In this document: one piece after another, positions 26,126 to 37,629 of the stretch | How positions within the stretch are numbered: the first letter of the stretch is position 1 | Layout of the letters: each line of letters opens with the position of its first letter | Assembly: GCF_004010195.1 (NCBI RefSeq) | Contig: NC_057711.1 | Coordinates: 70,064,944 to 70,128,943 of the forward strand | DNA from: Chiloscyllium plagiosum | Taxonomy: Eukaryota | Reading direction: 5' to 3' | Length of the DNA: 64,000 nucleotides | Program-made: the position numbers and the translations under genes | Notes under the pieces: model-generated | What the model saw: only the letters and a program-made list of their open reading frames with translations | What the model was told of the DNA's origin: nothing | The model's database searches: none

Positions 26126-26933
26126 GCATTGTTGTTGAATCTGGAATAGGGATTGCATTCTCTGAGGACAGAGCTGGATTGAATCAAAATGTAAGTGTCA
26201 GACTGCTGCCAGGATACTGAGTACATCACCACCAGCTGCAGATTGAGTGAATGCAACTTTTATGGTTGTTGTATATCTCTGCCTTAGATGCTGAACTCAT
26301 GTGCAGTCTGTGATATTCTCAGGAAATTTGCTATTCTAGCAACGCCTTGTGCTTTCTGCATCTCTCAAAAGAGAAAATTCAATTCTCCTAGCATCACTTC
26401 TATTCTACAATAGTGGATGGCAAACTGTAGGATACTGGGGTAGTCATAAGCTTCAGTCTGTAAGAAGCTCAACAGAAGAATTTCAAAGGTACAAACACTT
26501 TTGTATGTGCTGACAATGCTGCGAGTGAATAGGTAACAAATTAAATGTAATACACAGAATTCTAAAGTGATATATTTTTGGAAGAATAATGGGGAAAGGC
26601 AATATAAAAATACCCAGTGCAGTAACTGAGGGATCTGTTTTTATCTTGTGTACAAATTAATGAAAATGACAGGGCAAATTGAGAACATTTTAAAAAAGAC
26701 ACAAGGGTTTTGTAGTTTGCAATAGTAACAGAATTTTGATTAAAATTTATAAAACTGTTTTAGTTTCAACAGGAGCATCGTGCCCAGTTCTGGACATTAC
26801 ATTTAGGAGGGATTAAAATGAGAAAGTGTAGAAAATATTTGGGAGAATGAGTTTGAGGATGAGGGACTTTTACATGGATAAGTTGGAAACTCTGGGAAGA
26901 TTTTCTTTACAGAAAAGAAAGTTAAGAAATTTG

Positions 26934-28035
26934 TTGTGGTTCTGTTCGCCGAGCTGGGAATTTGTGTTGCAGATGTTTCGTCCCCTGTCTAGGTGACATC
27001 CTCAGTGCTTGGGAGCCTCCTGTGAAGCGCTTCTGTGATGTTTCCTCCAGCATTTATAGTGATTTGTATCTGCCGCTTCCGGTTGTCAGTTCCAGCTGTC
27101 CGCTGCAGTGGCCGGTATATTGGGTCCAGGTCGATGTGCTTATTGATTGAATCTGTGGATGAGTGCCATGCCTCGAGGAATTCCCTGGCTGTTCTCTGTT
27201 TGGCTTGTCCTATAATAGTAGTGTTGTCCCAATCGAATTCATGTTGCTTGTCATCTGCGTGTGTGGCTACTAAGGATAGCTGGTCATGTCGTTTCATGGC
27301 TAGNNNNNNNNNNNNNNNNNNNNNNNNNNNNNNNNNNNNNNNNNNNNNNNNNNNNNNNNNNNNNNNNNNNNNNNNNNNNNNNNNNNNNNNNNNNNNNNNN
27401 NNNNNNNNNNNNNNNNNNNNNNNNNNNNNNNNNNNNNNNNNNNNNNNNNNNNNNNNGATGCAACTTCTTTTGTGTGTATTGGGGTGGTTGCTTTCGTAGT
27501 TTAGGACTTGGTCTGTGTGTGTGGCTTTCCTGTATACCTTTATGGTGAATTCTCCGTTCGGTGTTCTCTGTACCATCACGTCTAGGAATGGGAGTTGGTT
27601 GTCCTTTTCTTCCTCGCTGGTGAATCGGATTCCTGTGAGTGTGGCGTTGATGATCCGGTGTGTGTTCTCTATTTCTGTGTTTTTAATGATTACAAAGGTA
27701 TCATCTACATATCTGACCCAGAGTTTGGGTTGAATTTGCAGTAAGACTGTTTGTTCTAACCTTTGCATTAGCGCTTCTGCTATGAATCCAGAGATGGGTG
27801 AGCCCATGGGTGTGCCGTTGATTTGTTCATATATTTATAGGACAAACAAGAAGACAGCTAACGATTCGCATCCATGAATACCAACTAGCCACAAAATGAC
27901 ATGACCAGCTATCCTTAGTAGCCACACACTCAGATGACAAGCAACATGAGTTCGACTGGGACAACACTACTATTATAGGACAAGCCAAACAGAGCACAAC
28001 AACGAGCACTTGAGCTACAAATCTTCTCCCAAACA
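26934..28035 (-). mobile_element. Penelope-like element (Poseidon/Penelope-type), 5'-truncated with inverted partial copy, inserted in an old CR1
   Basis: ORF MGSPISGFIAEALM...WVRYVDDTFV...LPFLDV...REFLEAWHS; about 27840-27995 is an inverted 3' segment; TSD TTAAGAAATTTG at 26922-26933 and 28036-28047; N gap 27304-27456. Confidence 0.93.
26969..27008 (-). ncRNA. Minimal type I hammerhead ribozyme in Penelope pLTR
   Basis: GCA-CTGAGGA-T-GTCACC-TAGACA-GGGGAC-GAAA-CA-TC-TGC: helix I GCA/UGC, helix II with one mismatch, intact CUGANGA and GAAA. Confidence 0.75.
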
Positions 28036-28339
28036 TTAAGAAATTTGATAAAATTTCAACTTGTTGAGATGTCCAGAGAGTATAGATACTGAGAAATTGT
28101 TCCCATTTGCAGAAAAACTGAGAACCACTGGATACCAATTCAAGGTGAAGCCTAACTGAATCAATAAATAGAATCTGGAATGCACTGCCTGAAAATGTGG
28201 TTGAGCCATTTTTAATCAGATAAAGCTACAAAATTGGAATTCTCCAAGGAAAGGGTGGGGAATGTGACTCACGTTCATTTTTCTGAATTGGTGCCAATCC
28301 AACAACATTGGAAAAGCTCAACAACATTTAGGACAAAGA

Positions 28340-29460
28340 AGGACATTTGTTTGGCACCCATTCCACAACACTAAATATTCACTTCCTTCATTAATGACAG
28401 ACAGGAGCAGCAGTGTGTACCATTTGGAAGGTTTACTGCAGCAAGTCACCATAGCTCCTTCAACAGCTCTTTCTAAACCACGATTTATACCATCTGGAAG
28501 GACTAGGTCAGCTGTTGCATTGAAATGCAGCGAGCTAGATGTTTTCCTCCAAAACACATACTATCTTGACATAGAACCATAGCATAGTCCCTTCACTATT
28601 GCTGGGATAAAATGCTGAAACTTTTTAATTACACTGTGGGTGTATGTACGCTGCAAGGATTGCAGGCTTTCATCATCACCTTCTCAAGTACAATTAGGGA
28701 CAGGCACTCAATGATGACCTGTTCAGCGCTGTCCACATCCCATGAATGAATAAAATAAAACAAGGGACGAATGAATGTCATAATGAATGTGCAGAGTTGT
28801 AGTTATGATTCCATGAATTATATGAACAGACAGTCGCGTGGAAATATGACCCTGTGATGATAGTGGAAACTTGGTGCAAAGAAGTGCATGATTGGGTATT
28901 AAATATTCATGACTGCAATGCATTCAGGAAAAAAGGAGGAATGAGATTTGGCTGTATTGCTTAAGGAGAACATCACCATGCTGGAGAGAGTTGTTCCAAA
29001 TGGGTAAAGGAATGTTTTGGTTAAAGCGCAAGACCAAAACAAGGAGCAATTACACAGTTGGTGCAGTCTATAGATCACTAATTAGTAGAAAATGTGCACA
29101 AAAAACAATTGCAAAGAAATGACATAGAAGAGCAAGATGAATTATGACAGGGGACCTAAGCTATCTGGATATAGACTGTGATAGTAGTAGTGTCTAAGAT
29201 CAGAGCAGGGCAAGAGTTCCTGGAGTAATTGGCAAAAGATGCAATGAAAACACAAGAAAAACTATTTTGCACAGACTGGTTAGGATCGGAAATATAATAC
29301 TTGATGGAAGGAAGCTTAATTGAGGCCTTCAAATCTGAAAATAAAAAATGTGTAGTACTACTGAGAAAAGGTGAGGGGAGTGGCTCTAGATGAATAGTGC
29401 TTGCAGAGTACCAACACAAACACAACGTACTGAATAGCCTCTCTCGGTGCTAAAACCATT
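28340..29460 (+). mobile_element. LINE 3' end followed by degenerate CR1 fragments
   Basis: LINE tail to about 28755, then CR1 endonuclease-like and 3' UTR-like remnants. Confidence 0.55.
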
Positions 29461-30032
29461 CCATAGTTCTTTGAAGAATAATTGGACTCATCAAGGATTG
29501 GAATCAGGAGCACAAAGAGGATCATGAATATAAGATGAGATAGGAATTAGCTATTACAAAATACAATTAAAAATTCTTTTCACCCTTGCCACCCACTCTG
29601 AGAAGTTGCAGAGAGCTGGTAATCATAGTGGGGGCCACTTTAACATTCCTCCTATTCTTTGGAGTTCAGACCACGATTCCAACTTTGATGTTTCCACTGA
29701 GCCTGCCACTGATAAAGTCCATTTTCAATTCTCAGGAGGCTAGTAAGCCTCATTTCACTCCACATACCAGTCTCCAAATTTGTACCAAGTTTTCTTGTGA
29801 CTAAGCAAATGAAAAATTCAAGCTCATGGAATTGCTATCCTTGGCTACAGCCATCTCTGCGTCTGTGCCCTTGTTTGGAGGATGTGCAGACTGCGGGAAT
29901 TTACAGATAGAAGTATAGGACTTAGTTTGTAGCTGGAGCTGCCAGGTCTACATCAGCATCAATTAGAATGGCCAACATTATTTTCTTAAATATTTTTCAT
30001 TATAATTTTGATGACCATCATCCGTTATTTAC

Positions 30033-30134
30033 TTTAATTCTAATTCAAAAATCAATCTTCATAATGTTAAGTCTGGATCTCCGGCTATATCCAAAGGAAT
30101 ATATGTACAGCTTTTCATTTCTTTTAGATTGAAT
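30033..30134 (-). pseudogene. Pseudogene B exon (102 bp, phase 2-2)
   Basis: aattttatttttag| FNLKEMKSCTYIPLDIAGDPDLTL*RLIFELEL |gtaaat. Confidence 0.65.
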
Positions 30135-30589
30135 CTAAAAATAAAATTACAAAAATAATAAAGTAAACATTACTACCAATGCACTGTTCAAATTCAATGT
30201 TTTCTCAAAATAGAAAACCCTGAAGTCTGTACCATCTAAAAATGCACTACAGACATTATCCAATGCTCTTTTGACAACATGTTGCAAGTCAAGCACCACC
30301 ACCATCTAGAAGGACAAACACAGCAGATACATGGGAACATCATTACCTCCAAGCCACTTACCATCCTGATTGGGAAATACATTGTCATTCTTTCAGTGTT
30401 GCTGGGTCAAAAGTTTTGAACTGTCTTCCTGACAGCTTTGTGGGTCAACCGACACCAAGTGGACTGCAGCAATTCCCAAAAGCAGTCCACCACAACCTTC
30501 TTATGGGCAACTAGGGATGGCAATAAATGCTTGCCCATCTAGAGGCATCCACATAAATAGATGGATAGAAAATAAATCTGTCCCGAGAA

Positions 30590-31855
30590 AATAGAGTCAT
30601 AGAGTCATAAAGATGTACAGCACGGAAACAGACCCTTCCGTCCAACTCATCCATGCCGACCAGAGATCTCAACTCATCTAGTTCCACCTGCCAGCACCCG
30701 ACCCATATCTCTCCAAACCCTTCCTATTCATATACCCATCCAGATGCCTCTTAAATGTTGCAATTGTACCAGCCTCCACCACTTCCTCTGGCAGCTCATT
30801 CCATTTACTTACCCCCCTCTGTGTGAAAAAGTTGCCCCTTAGGTCCCTTTTATATCTTTCCCCTCTCATCCTAAATCTATGTCCTCTAGTTCTGGACTCA
30901 CCCACCCCAGAGAAAAGACCATGTCTAATTATCCTATCCATGCCCCTCATGCTCTTATAAACCTCTATAAAGGTCACCCCGCAGTCTCTGACGCTCCAGG
31001 GAAAACAGCCCCAGCATTTTCAAACTCTCCCTATAGCTCAAATCCTCCAACCCTGACAACATCCTTGTAAATCTTTTCTGAACCCTTTCAAGCTTCACAT
31101 TTTTCTGATAGGAAGGAGACCAGAATTGCGTGCAATATTCCAACAGTAGCCTAACCAATGTCCGGTATAGCCGCAACATGACCTCCCAACTCCTGTACTC
31201 AGTACTCTGACCAATAAAGGAAAGAATATCAAATGTCTTCTTCACTATCCTATCTACCTGCGACTCCACTTTCAAGGAGCTATGAACCTGCACTCCAAGG
31301 TCTCTGTTCTACAACACTCCCTAGGACCTTACCATTAAGTGTATAAGTCCTGCTAAGATTTGCTTTCCCAAAATACAGCACCTTGCATTCATCTGAATTA
31401 AACTCCATCTGCTGCTTCTTGGCCCATTGACCCATCTGATCACGATCCTGTTGAAATCTGAGGTAACCTTCTTTGCTCGCCAATTTTGGTGTCATCTGCA
31501 AACTTACTAACTATACCTCTTATGCTCACATCCAAATCATTTATATAAATGATGAAAAGTAGTGGACCCAGCACCGATCCTTGTGTCACTCCACTGGTCA
31601 CAGGCCTCCAGTCTGAAAAACAACCCTCCACCACCACCCTCTGTCTTCTACCTTCAAGCCAGTTCTGTATCCAAATGGCTAGTTCTCCCTGTATTCCATA
31701 AGATCTAACCTTGCTAATCAGTCTCCCATGGGGAACCTTGTTGACTGTCTTACTGAAGTCCATATAGATCACATCTACTGCTCTGCCCTCTTCAATCCTC
31801 TGTTACCTCTTCAAAAAACTCAATCAAGTTTGTGAGACATGATGTCCTGTGCACA
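30590..31855 (-). mobile_element. CR1/HER1 LINE RT and 3' end
   Basis: [53 protein letters not shown] tandem tail. Confidence 0.93.
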
Positions 31856-31995
31856 AAATAAAACAGTTAATGGTATATTTGGGCAAACAGAAGACTGAAT
31901 GATGGCCATAAGTTTTACCACAGAGTGCACCACAAACAGTCTATTCCTAGTGTAAAAAAAAAATGCACAACATCAAGAGGAGAGGAGTAATGAGT

Positions 31996-32291
31996 ACCAG
32001 TGACCAGTGACCAGTGTTTGATTCCAGCCTCGCGCAACTGTCTGTGTGAAGTTTGCCCATTCTCTCAGTGTCTGTGTGAGTTTCCTTCGGATGCTCTGGT
32101 TTCCTCCCACAATTCTTAGATGTGCAAGTTAGGTGAATTGGCCATGCTAAATTGTCCATTGTGTAGATTATTAGTCAGGGGTAAATGTAGGATAATAGGG
32201 TAGGTGGAAGGAGTCTGGATGGGTTACTCAATGGAGGGTCGGTGTGGATTTGTTGGGCCTTATGGCCTGTTTCCACATTGCTGGGATTCTA
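31996..32291 (+). mobile_element. HE1 SINE, diverged
   Basis: GTTTGATTCC B box, GTTAGGTGAATTGGCCATGCTAAATTG core, GGCCTGTTTCCAC tail. Confidence 0.85.
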
Positions 32292-32554
32292 ATAACTAGG
32301 TAATTATGACTCACAAATGCTGAGATGGATGTATTGTCAAAACCGGAGGCTCTGAAGGTTGTTAGACATTGAAGTAATTAAAAAACTAAGAGTTTGAAAC
32401 CATCAAGAAGAAAGAGAAGAGGAAGACCTAAGACTAGGTTAAAAGTTGTTATGCTGAGAGCCTTAAATGCAGCATAAGTAGATAAGTAATGGGTGACTAA
32501 TAGGAGCAGATCGATAAAGGTGATCAACCAGCATTCTAGTGACTGCAGACAACA

Positions 32555-33905
32555 TTGATTTGATTTATTATTGTTACATGTACTGAGATACAGTAAAACG
32601 TACTGTACTAGGCAATTCATATCTTAAACAAGTGTGTCAAGAAAATAGAAAAAATGCAGAATATAATGTTACAGCTACAGAGAAGGTTCAGAGAAAGATC
32701 AAATCTAATATCAGAGTGGTCTGTTCCTAAGTCTGATAACAGAGGGAAGAAGGTGTTCTTAAATCTTCTTGTTCGTGTTTTCAAATCTTTGTATCTTCTG
32801 CCCAATGAGAGGGGTTCTTTGATTATTTGGCTGCTTTCCTGAGGCAGCAGGAAGTGTGGATGGAGTCAATGAAAGGAAGGCTGGTTTAAGTAATGGACTA
32901 GGCTGCATTCACAACTCTCTGTAATGTTTTGTTGCCATATCAAACTGTGATGCATCTGGATTGAATGCTTTCTATGATGCATCTATAAAAATTGGTAAGA
33001 ATCATTGTGAACACCTTGAATTCCTTAGCCTTCTGAGCAAGTGGAGACCTTGGTGTACTTTCTTGACTGTAGCGTCGACTTGGATGGACCAAGATAGATT
33101 GTTGATGACGTTTATTCCCAGGAACTTGAAGCTCTCAACCATTTCCATCTCAGCACTATTGATAATAGAGTGTCCTCCACTCCACTTCCTGAAGTCAATG
33201 GCCAGTTCCTTTGTTTTGCTGACATTGAGGGAGAAATTGTTGTCATTACACCATACCATTAAGCTCTCTAGATCCTTCCTGTACCCTGTCTTGTTGTTAT
33301 TTGAGATCTGATCTACTACAATGATGTTGTCAGCAAATTTATAAATGGAGTTAGAGCTGAATTTGGCCACACAATATTGAGTGTGTAAGGAGTATAGTAA
33401 GGGGCTGAATACACAGCCTTGTAGGACACCAGTGTTGAGGATTATTGTGGAGGAGGTGTTATCGCCTACCGTTACTGATTTCGGTTTGTGGGTCAGGAAG
33501 TCGAGGGGTCTAGTTGTGGGGGTGGGGCGGGGTGGGGTGGGGTGGGGGGGGAGTTCAGCGTCCTAAGCCTTTGAATTTGGAGATAGATTTTGTTGGAATT
33601 ATGGTGTTAAAGGTGGTGCTAAAGTCAATAAATAGGATTCTGCTGTAGGTGTCCTTCTTAACCAGATGTTCCAGGGATGAGTGTAGGTCCAGGGAAATGG
33701 AATTGGTGGGCAAATTATAGTGAATCAAGGCTGGTTGATGTGAGCCATTACTAACCTCAAAACATAATGATGAACGTCAGAGCCACTGGATGGTAGTTAT
33801 TACAGCACATTACCTGATTCTTCTTTGGCACCAGGATGATAGTGGTCTTCTTGAAGAAAGTGAGAACCTCACATCGTAGTAAGAAGAGTTAAAGATGTTG
33901 GCAAT
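32555..33905 (-). mobile_element. Rex1/Babar-type LINE RT fragment and 3' UTR
   Basis: GVLQGCVFSPLLYSL, KFADNIIVV, WCNDNNFSLNVSKTKELAIDFRK, FKFLGINV. Confidence 0.85.
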
Positions 33906-34217
33906 TATGGGTAAAGCTGAAAGAAGAAGCAGTCACAAGATAGAGGACTGGCACTTCTACTCCGCATTCTGCCTTCAGGATAGATAATCTGCTGCTCCTC
34001 TGTTCTCCTCCCCCTCCCCTATCAAAGTGCAGGGCTGGAGTAGAGTTGCCAACTCTGATTGCAAGTTGCCTTGGGGGCTTATTACATGATCTATTATCTC
34101 CAATTGCCCTGCTCCAGCAGTTGGTTGCCTCACATGTGCATCCTTACCCAGCCAATTGGAAAACATTTGGACTCATTGTTATCCAATTGCCTTATTTAAA
34201 CAGGTATCTTGCACTAC

Positions 34218-34384
34218 CTCCAATATTTCTGTTCAAATGGAAAATGCTTAAGATTTTCGATTGCCCTGATGAATTTTTCGCAAAAGGCTTTGCTCGCAAC
34301 ATGGTCACAAAAATGTAACAGCACACATAAAAGCACCGATATAACTGTAATAACAGAGAGCTATTCCCTGTACTTACACACCGA
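34218..34384 (-). pseudogene. Pseudogene B probable first coding exon with signal-peptide-like start
   Basis: VCKYRE*LSVITVISVLLCVLLHFCDHVASKAFCEKFIRAIENLKHFPFEQKYW AG|gtagtg (phase 2). GTG may be a decayed ATG; an acceptor at 34344 is the alternative. Confidence 0.55.
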
Positions 34385-34502
34385 TCTTTCTTTACCACCA
34401 AGGAATTGCAAACACTCCTGACTCAAAACCTTTCAGATAGCCTCACCCAATGTGGATTGTTCAGCCTCTCTGCAAAAACCAACTCCTTCTCTGTCCTGAC
34501 AT

Positions 34503-34742
34503 TAGATTAGATTCCTACAGTGGGAAACAGGCCCTTCGGCCCAACCAGTCCACACCGACCCTCTGAAGAGGAACCCACCCAGACCCAGTCCACTACCCTA
34601 TTACCCCTGACTAATGCACCTAACACTATGGGCAATTTAATTTGGCCAATTCACCTGACCTGCATATCTTTGGGTTGTGGAAGGAAACCGGAGCACCCGG
34701 AGGAAACCCACACAGACACGGGGAGAATGTGCAAACTCCGAC
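34503..34742 (-). mobile_element. HE1 SINE, 5'-truncated
   Basis: HE1 core and tail with TCTAA repeats. Confidence 0.9.
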
Positions 34743-35204
34743 ATGTACTAGGATTGCTTGAAGTGTGCATGTGAAGCACATCGAGGCAGCAGCTCAAATT
34801 CAGCTGACTTCAACTCCCACCCTTCCACTGGCCTAACCCCACCACACCTTCTCTGACTCAACCGAACCTAACATCACCCATTCCCAAAACACACCAACTC
34901 CCCTGTTTGTCATTAACTCAGCCTGATCTCCTCTCCAACCTCCTAAACCGACTTGACACTGCCGGGCACCAACATTGCAGCCTGATCCACCCTGACCCAA
35001 CCCCTTCACATATCCAAATGCTCATGCCTTAGCTTGACACCATTCAGGATAAAGCAGTCTGTTTGATTGATAGAACATCTGCAAAATCTACTCTCTCCAC
35101 CTCTAACGCTCAGTAGAACCAATATGCAGTACCTACAAGATTCACTGAAGAAATTCGCTAAATATCCTTAGACAGCACCTTCCAAACCCACAATCATTGC
35201 CACA

Positions 35205-35552
35205 GAATCATAATCATACCTATAGTGTGGAAGCAGTCCATTTGGCCTATTGGGTCCACACTGACACTCCAAAGAGCATCCCAACCAGATCTATCCCCTC
35301 TTCCCCGTTCCCCTGCATTTGCCATGGTTAATCTACCTAGCCTACACACCCTTGGACACTATGGGCAATTGTGCATGGTCAATCCACCAAACCTGCACAT
35401 CTTTGGACTATGGGAGGAAACCAGAGCACCTGGAGGTAACCCACACAGACATAAGGAGAATATGCAAACTGCACACAGACAGTCGTCCAAGGCTGGAATC
35501 GAACCCAGGCCCCTGGTGCTGTGAGGCAGTAGTGCTAACCATCAAGCCATCA
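35205..35552 (-). mobile_element. HE1 SINE
   Basis: Reverse B box GGTTCGATTCC and HE1 core; inserted in a LINE 3' fragment (35010-37000). Confidence 0.88.
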
Positions 35553-35589
35553 GCTGTCTTGAAGGGTAACGGTAGTGGATACATGAGAA

Positions 35590-36680
35590 TGGGAAAGCAA
35601 ATCTTAGCAGGACTTATACACTTAGTCGTGAGGTCCTAGGTAGTGTTGCTGAACAAAGAGACCTTGGAGTGCAGGTTCATAGCTCCTTGAAAGAGGAGTC
35701 GCAGGTAGATAGGATAGTGAAGAAGGCATTTGGTATGCTTTCCTTTATTGGTCAGAGTATTGAGTACAGGAGTTAGGAGGTCATGTTGCGGCTGTACCGG
35801 ACATTGGTTAGGCCACTGTTGGAATATTGCGTGCAATTCTGGTCTCCTTTCTATTGGAAAGATGTTGTGAAACTTTAAAGGGTTCAGAAAAGAACCAGGG
35901 TTGGAGGATTTGAGCTATAAGGAGAGGCTGAACAGGTTGGGGCTGTTTTCCCTGGAACGTCGGAGACTGAGGAGTGACCTTTAAAGAGGTTTACAAAATT
36001 ATTAGATTACTTAGATTAGATTAGATTACTTTACAGTGTGGAAACAGGCCCTTCGGCCCAACAAGTCCACACTGACCCGCCGAAGCACAACCCACCCATA
36101 CCCCTACATTTACCCCTTACCCAACACTACGGGCAATTTAGCATGGCCAATTCACCTGACCTGCACATCTTTGGACTGTGGGAGGAAACCGGAGCACCCG
36201 GAGGAAACCCACGCAGACACGGGGAGAACGTGCAAACTCCACACAGTCAGTCGCCTGAGGCGGGAATTGAACCCGGATCTCTGGCGCTGCGAGGCAGCAG
36301 TGCTAACCACTGTGCCACCGTGAGGGTCATGGATAGGATAAATAGACAAAGTCTTTTCCCTGGGGTGTGGGAGTCCAGAACTAGACGGCATAGGTTTACG
36401 GTGAGAGGGGAAAGATATAAAAGAGACCTAAGGGGCAACCTTTTCACGCAGAGGGTGGTACGTGTATGGAATGAGCTGCCGGAGGAAGTGGTGGAGGCTG
36501 GCACAATTGCAACATTTAAGAGGCATTTGGATAGGTATATGAATAGGAAAGGTTTGGAGGGATATGGGCCAGGTGCTGACAGGTGGGACTAGATTGGGTT
36601 GGGATATCTGGTTGGTGTGGACAGGTTGGACAGAAGGGTCTGTTTCCATGCTGTACATCTCTATGACTCTATGACTCTAT
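35590..36680 (+). mobile_element. CR1/HER1 LINE 3' portion
   Basis: LVRPLLEYCVQFWSP, WNELPEEVVEAGT, CTATGACT tail; split by HE1 at 36001-36322. Confidence 0.92.
36001..36322 (-). mobile_element. Young HE1 SINE
   Basis: CpG-rich copy with A/B boxes and TCTAA tail repeats. Confidence 0.93.
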
Positions 36681-37036
36681 AATACTACCACTTGCAAGCC
36701 ACTCATCGTCCTGACATGCAAATACGTTGCTGTTCCTTCAGTGTCATTGGATCAAAATCCTGGAATTCTCTCCCTTCGGGCATTGTGGGTGTACTTACAG
36801 TAAATGGCATGCCAGGAGTAGTATCATGCATAACCCAAAATGAGGGATCAACCTGGTGAAGCAGCCAAACAAGACTACTTGCATATCAGACGGCAGCAGT
36901 TCAAGAAGGCAGCTCACCCCCACCTTCTGCAGAGCAAGAATGGGCCATAAATGCTGGCCCAACCAGAGACACCTATGTCCCATGAATGAATAAACAGTCT
37001 GGCACCTTAACCCCCTCACACACATGCCGTTCACAC

Positions 37037-37281
37037 TTAGCTTTTGACAGTGGCTGTCAGCATGTGTTTGGGATCTTTAACTGCTGAAATGTGGCAGCAA
37101 ATGTTACAAGAAAGGTCCTGCAACATTGCTTCTGTACTACATGAATTTCTTAGATTTACTTCAATGGACAAATTCTTGACAGGCCACACTCCGAATTTTG
37201 TTTGGAAAATCACCAACTGATTCATTTGAAGAGGATTGCCAGTGGACAAATCTGTTGCAATGATCGTCAGATAATTTGTAC
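37037..37281 (-). pseudogene. Pseudogene A exon (phase 1 start; terminal, or spliced at 37160)
   Basis: cgtttttag| STNYLTIIATDLSTGNPLQMNQLVIFQTKFGVWPVKNLSIE, then either |gtaaat or read-through to TAA at 37037. Confidence 0.6.
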
Positions 37282-37629
37282 CTAAAAACGTTTCGGAGCA
37301 ACTTCTAATTTGTGGCATATTGGCATCACCAGCATTTCTCGTGTGGACAAGTGCTCAGTGTGAAAACATTAAGCTAAGTCTTGTATGAGGCTTTAATTTA
37401 AACAAATGTCTACTTCAGCGCTCACTGACTGAATATTCCTGTAGGCAGCTGTCAAATATATCTTGCCCAGTTTGTCATTCAGAGCTTTAAGAAAATTGTT
37501 TATAATCCACGTGCTGAAGAAAGATTTAAGCCTTTCCAGAAGAAAGTAATGGTTTTATGGAAAGAGATGAAGCTTGCCAGACACTTCAGTTTTAAAATAT
37601 TGTTTATCAGGTAAAGTTAGAGCAGGATT

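Noticed and set aside
21433..30134. Selenoprotein reading of the many in-frame TGA codons
   Set aside because: TAA and TAG stops, a broken acceptor and frameshifts also occur in the model; no SECIS recognised; CpG decay is simpler.
21439..37281. Intact CDS in the alternative open frame (LYRCFYVCC...VQIPVIFYICDW...SDNRRMRVCLVPF)
   Set aside because: It requires skipping the 30.0 and 23.1 kb exons, ends in a stop inside the 21.5 kb exon and has the composition of a +1-shifted frame. Not formally excluded without RNA data.
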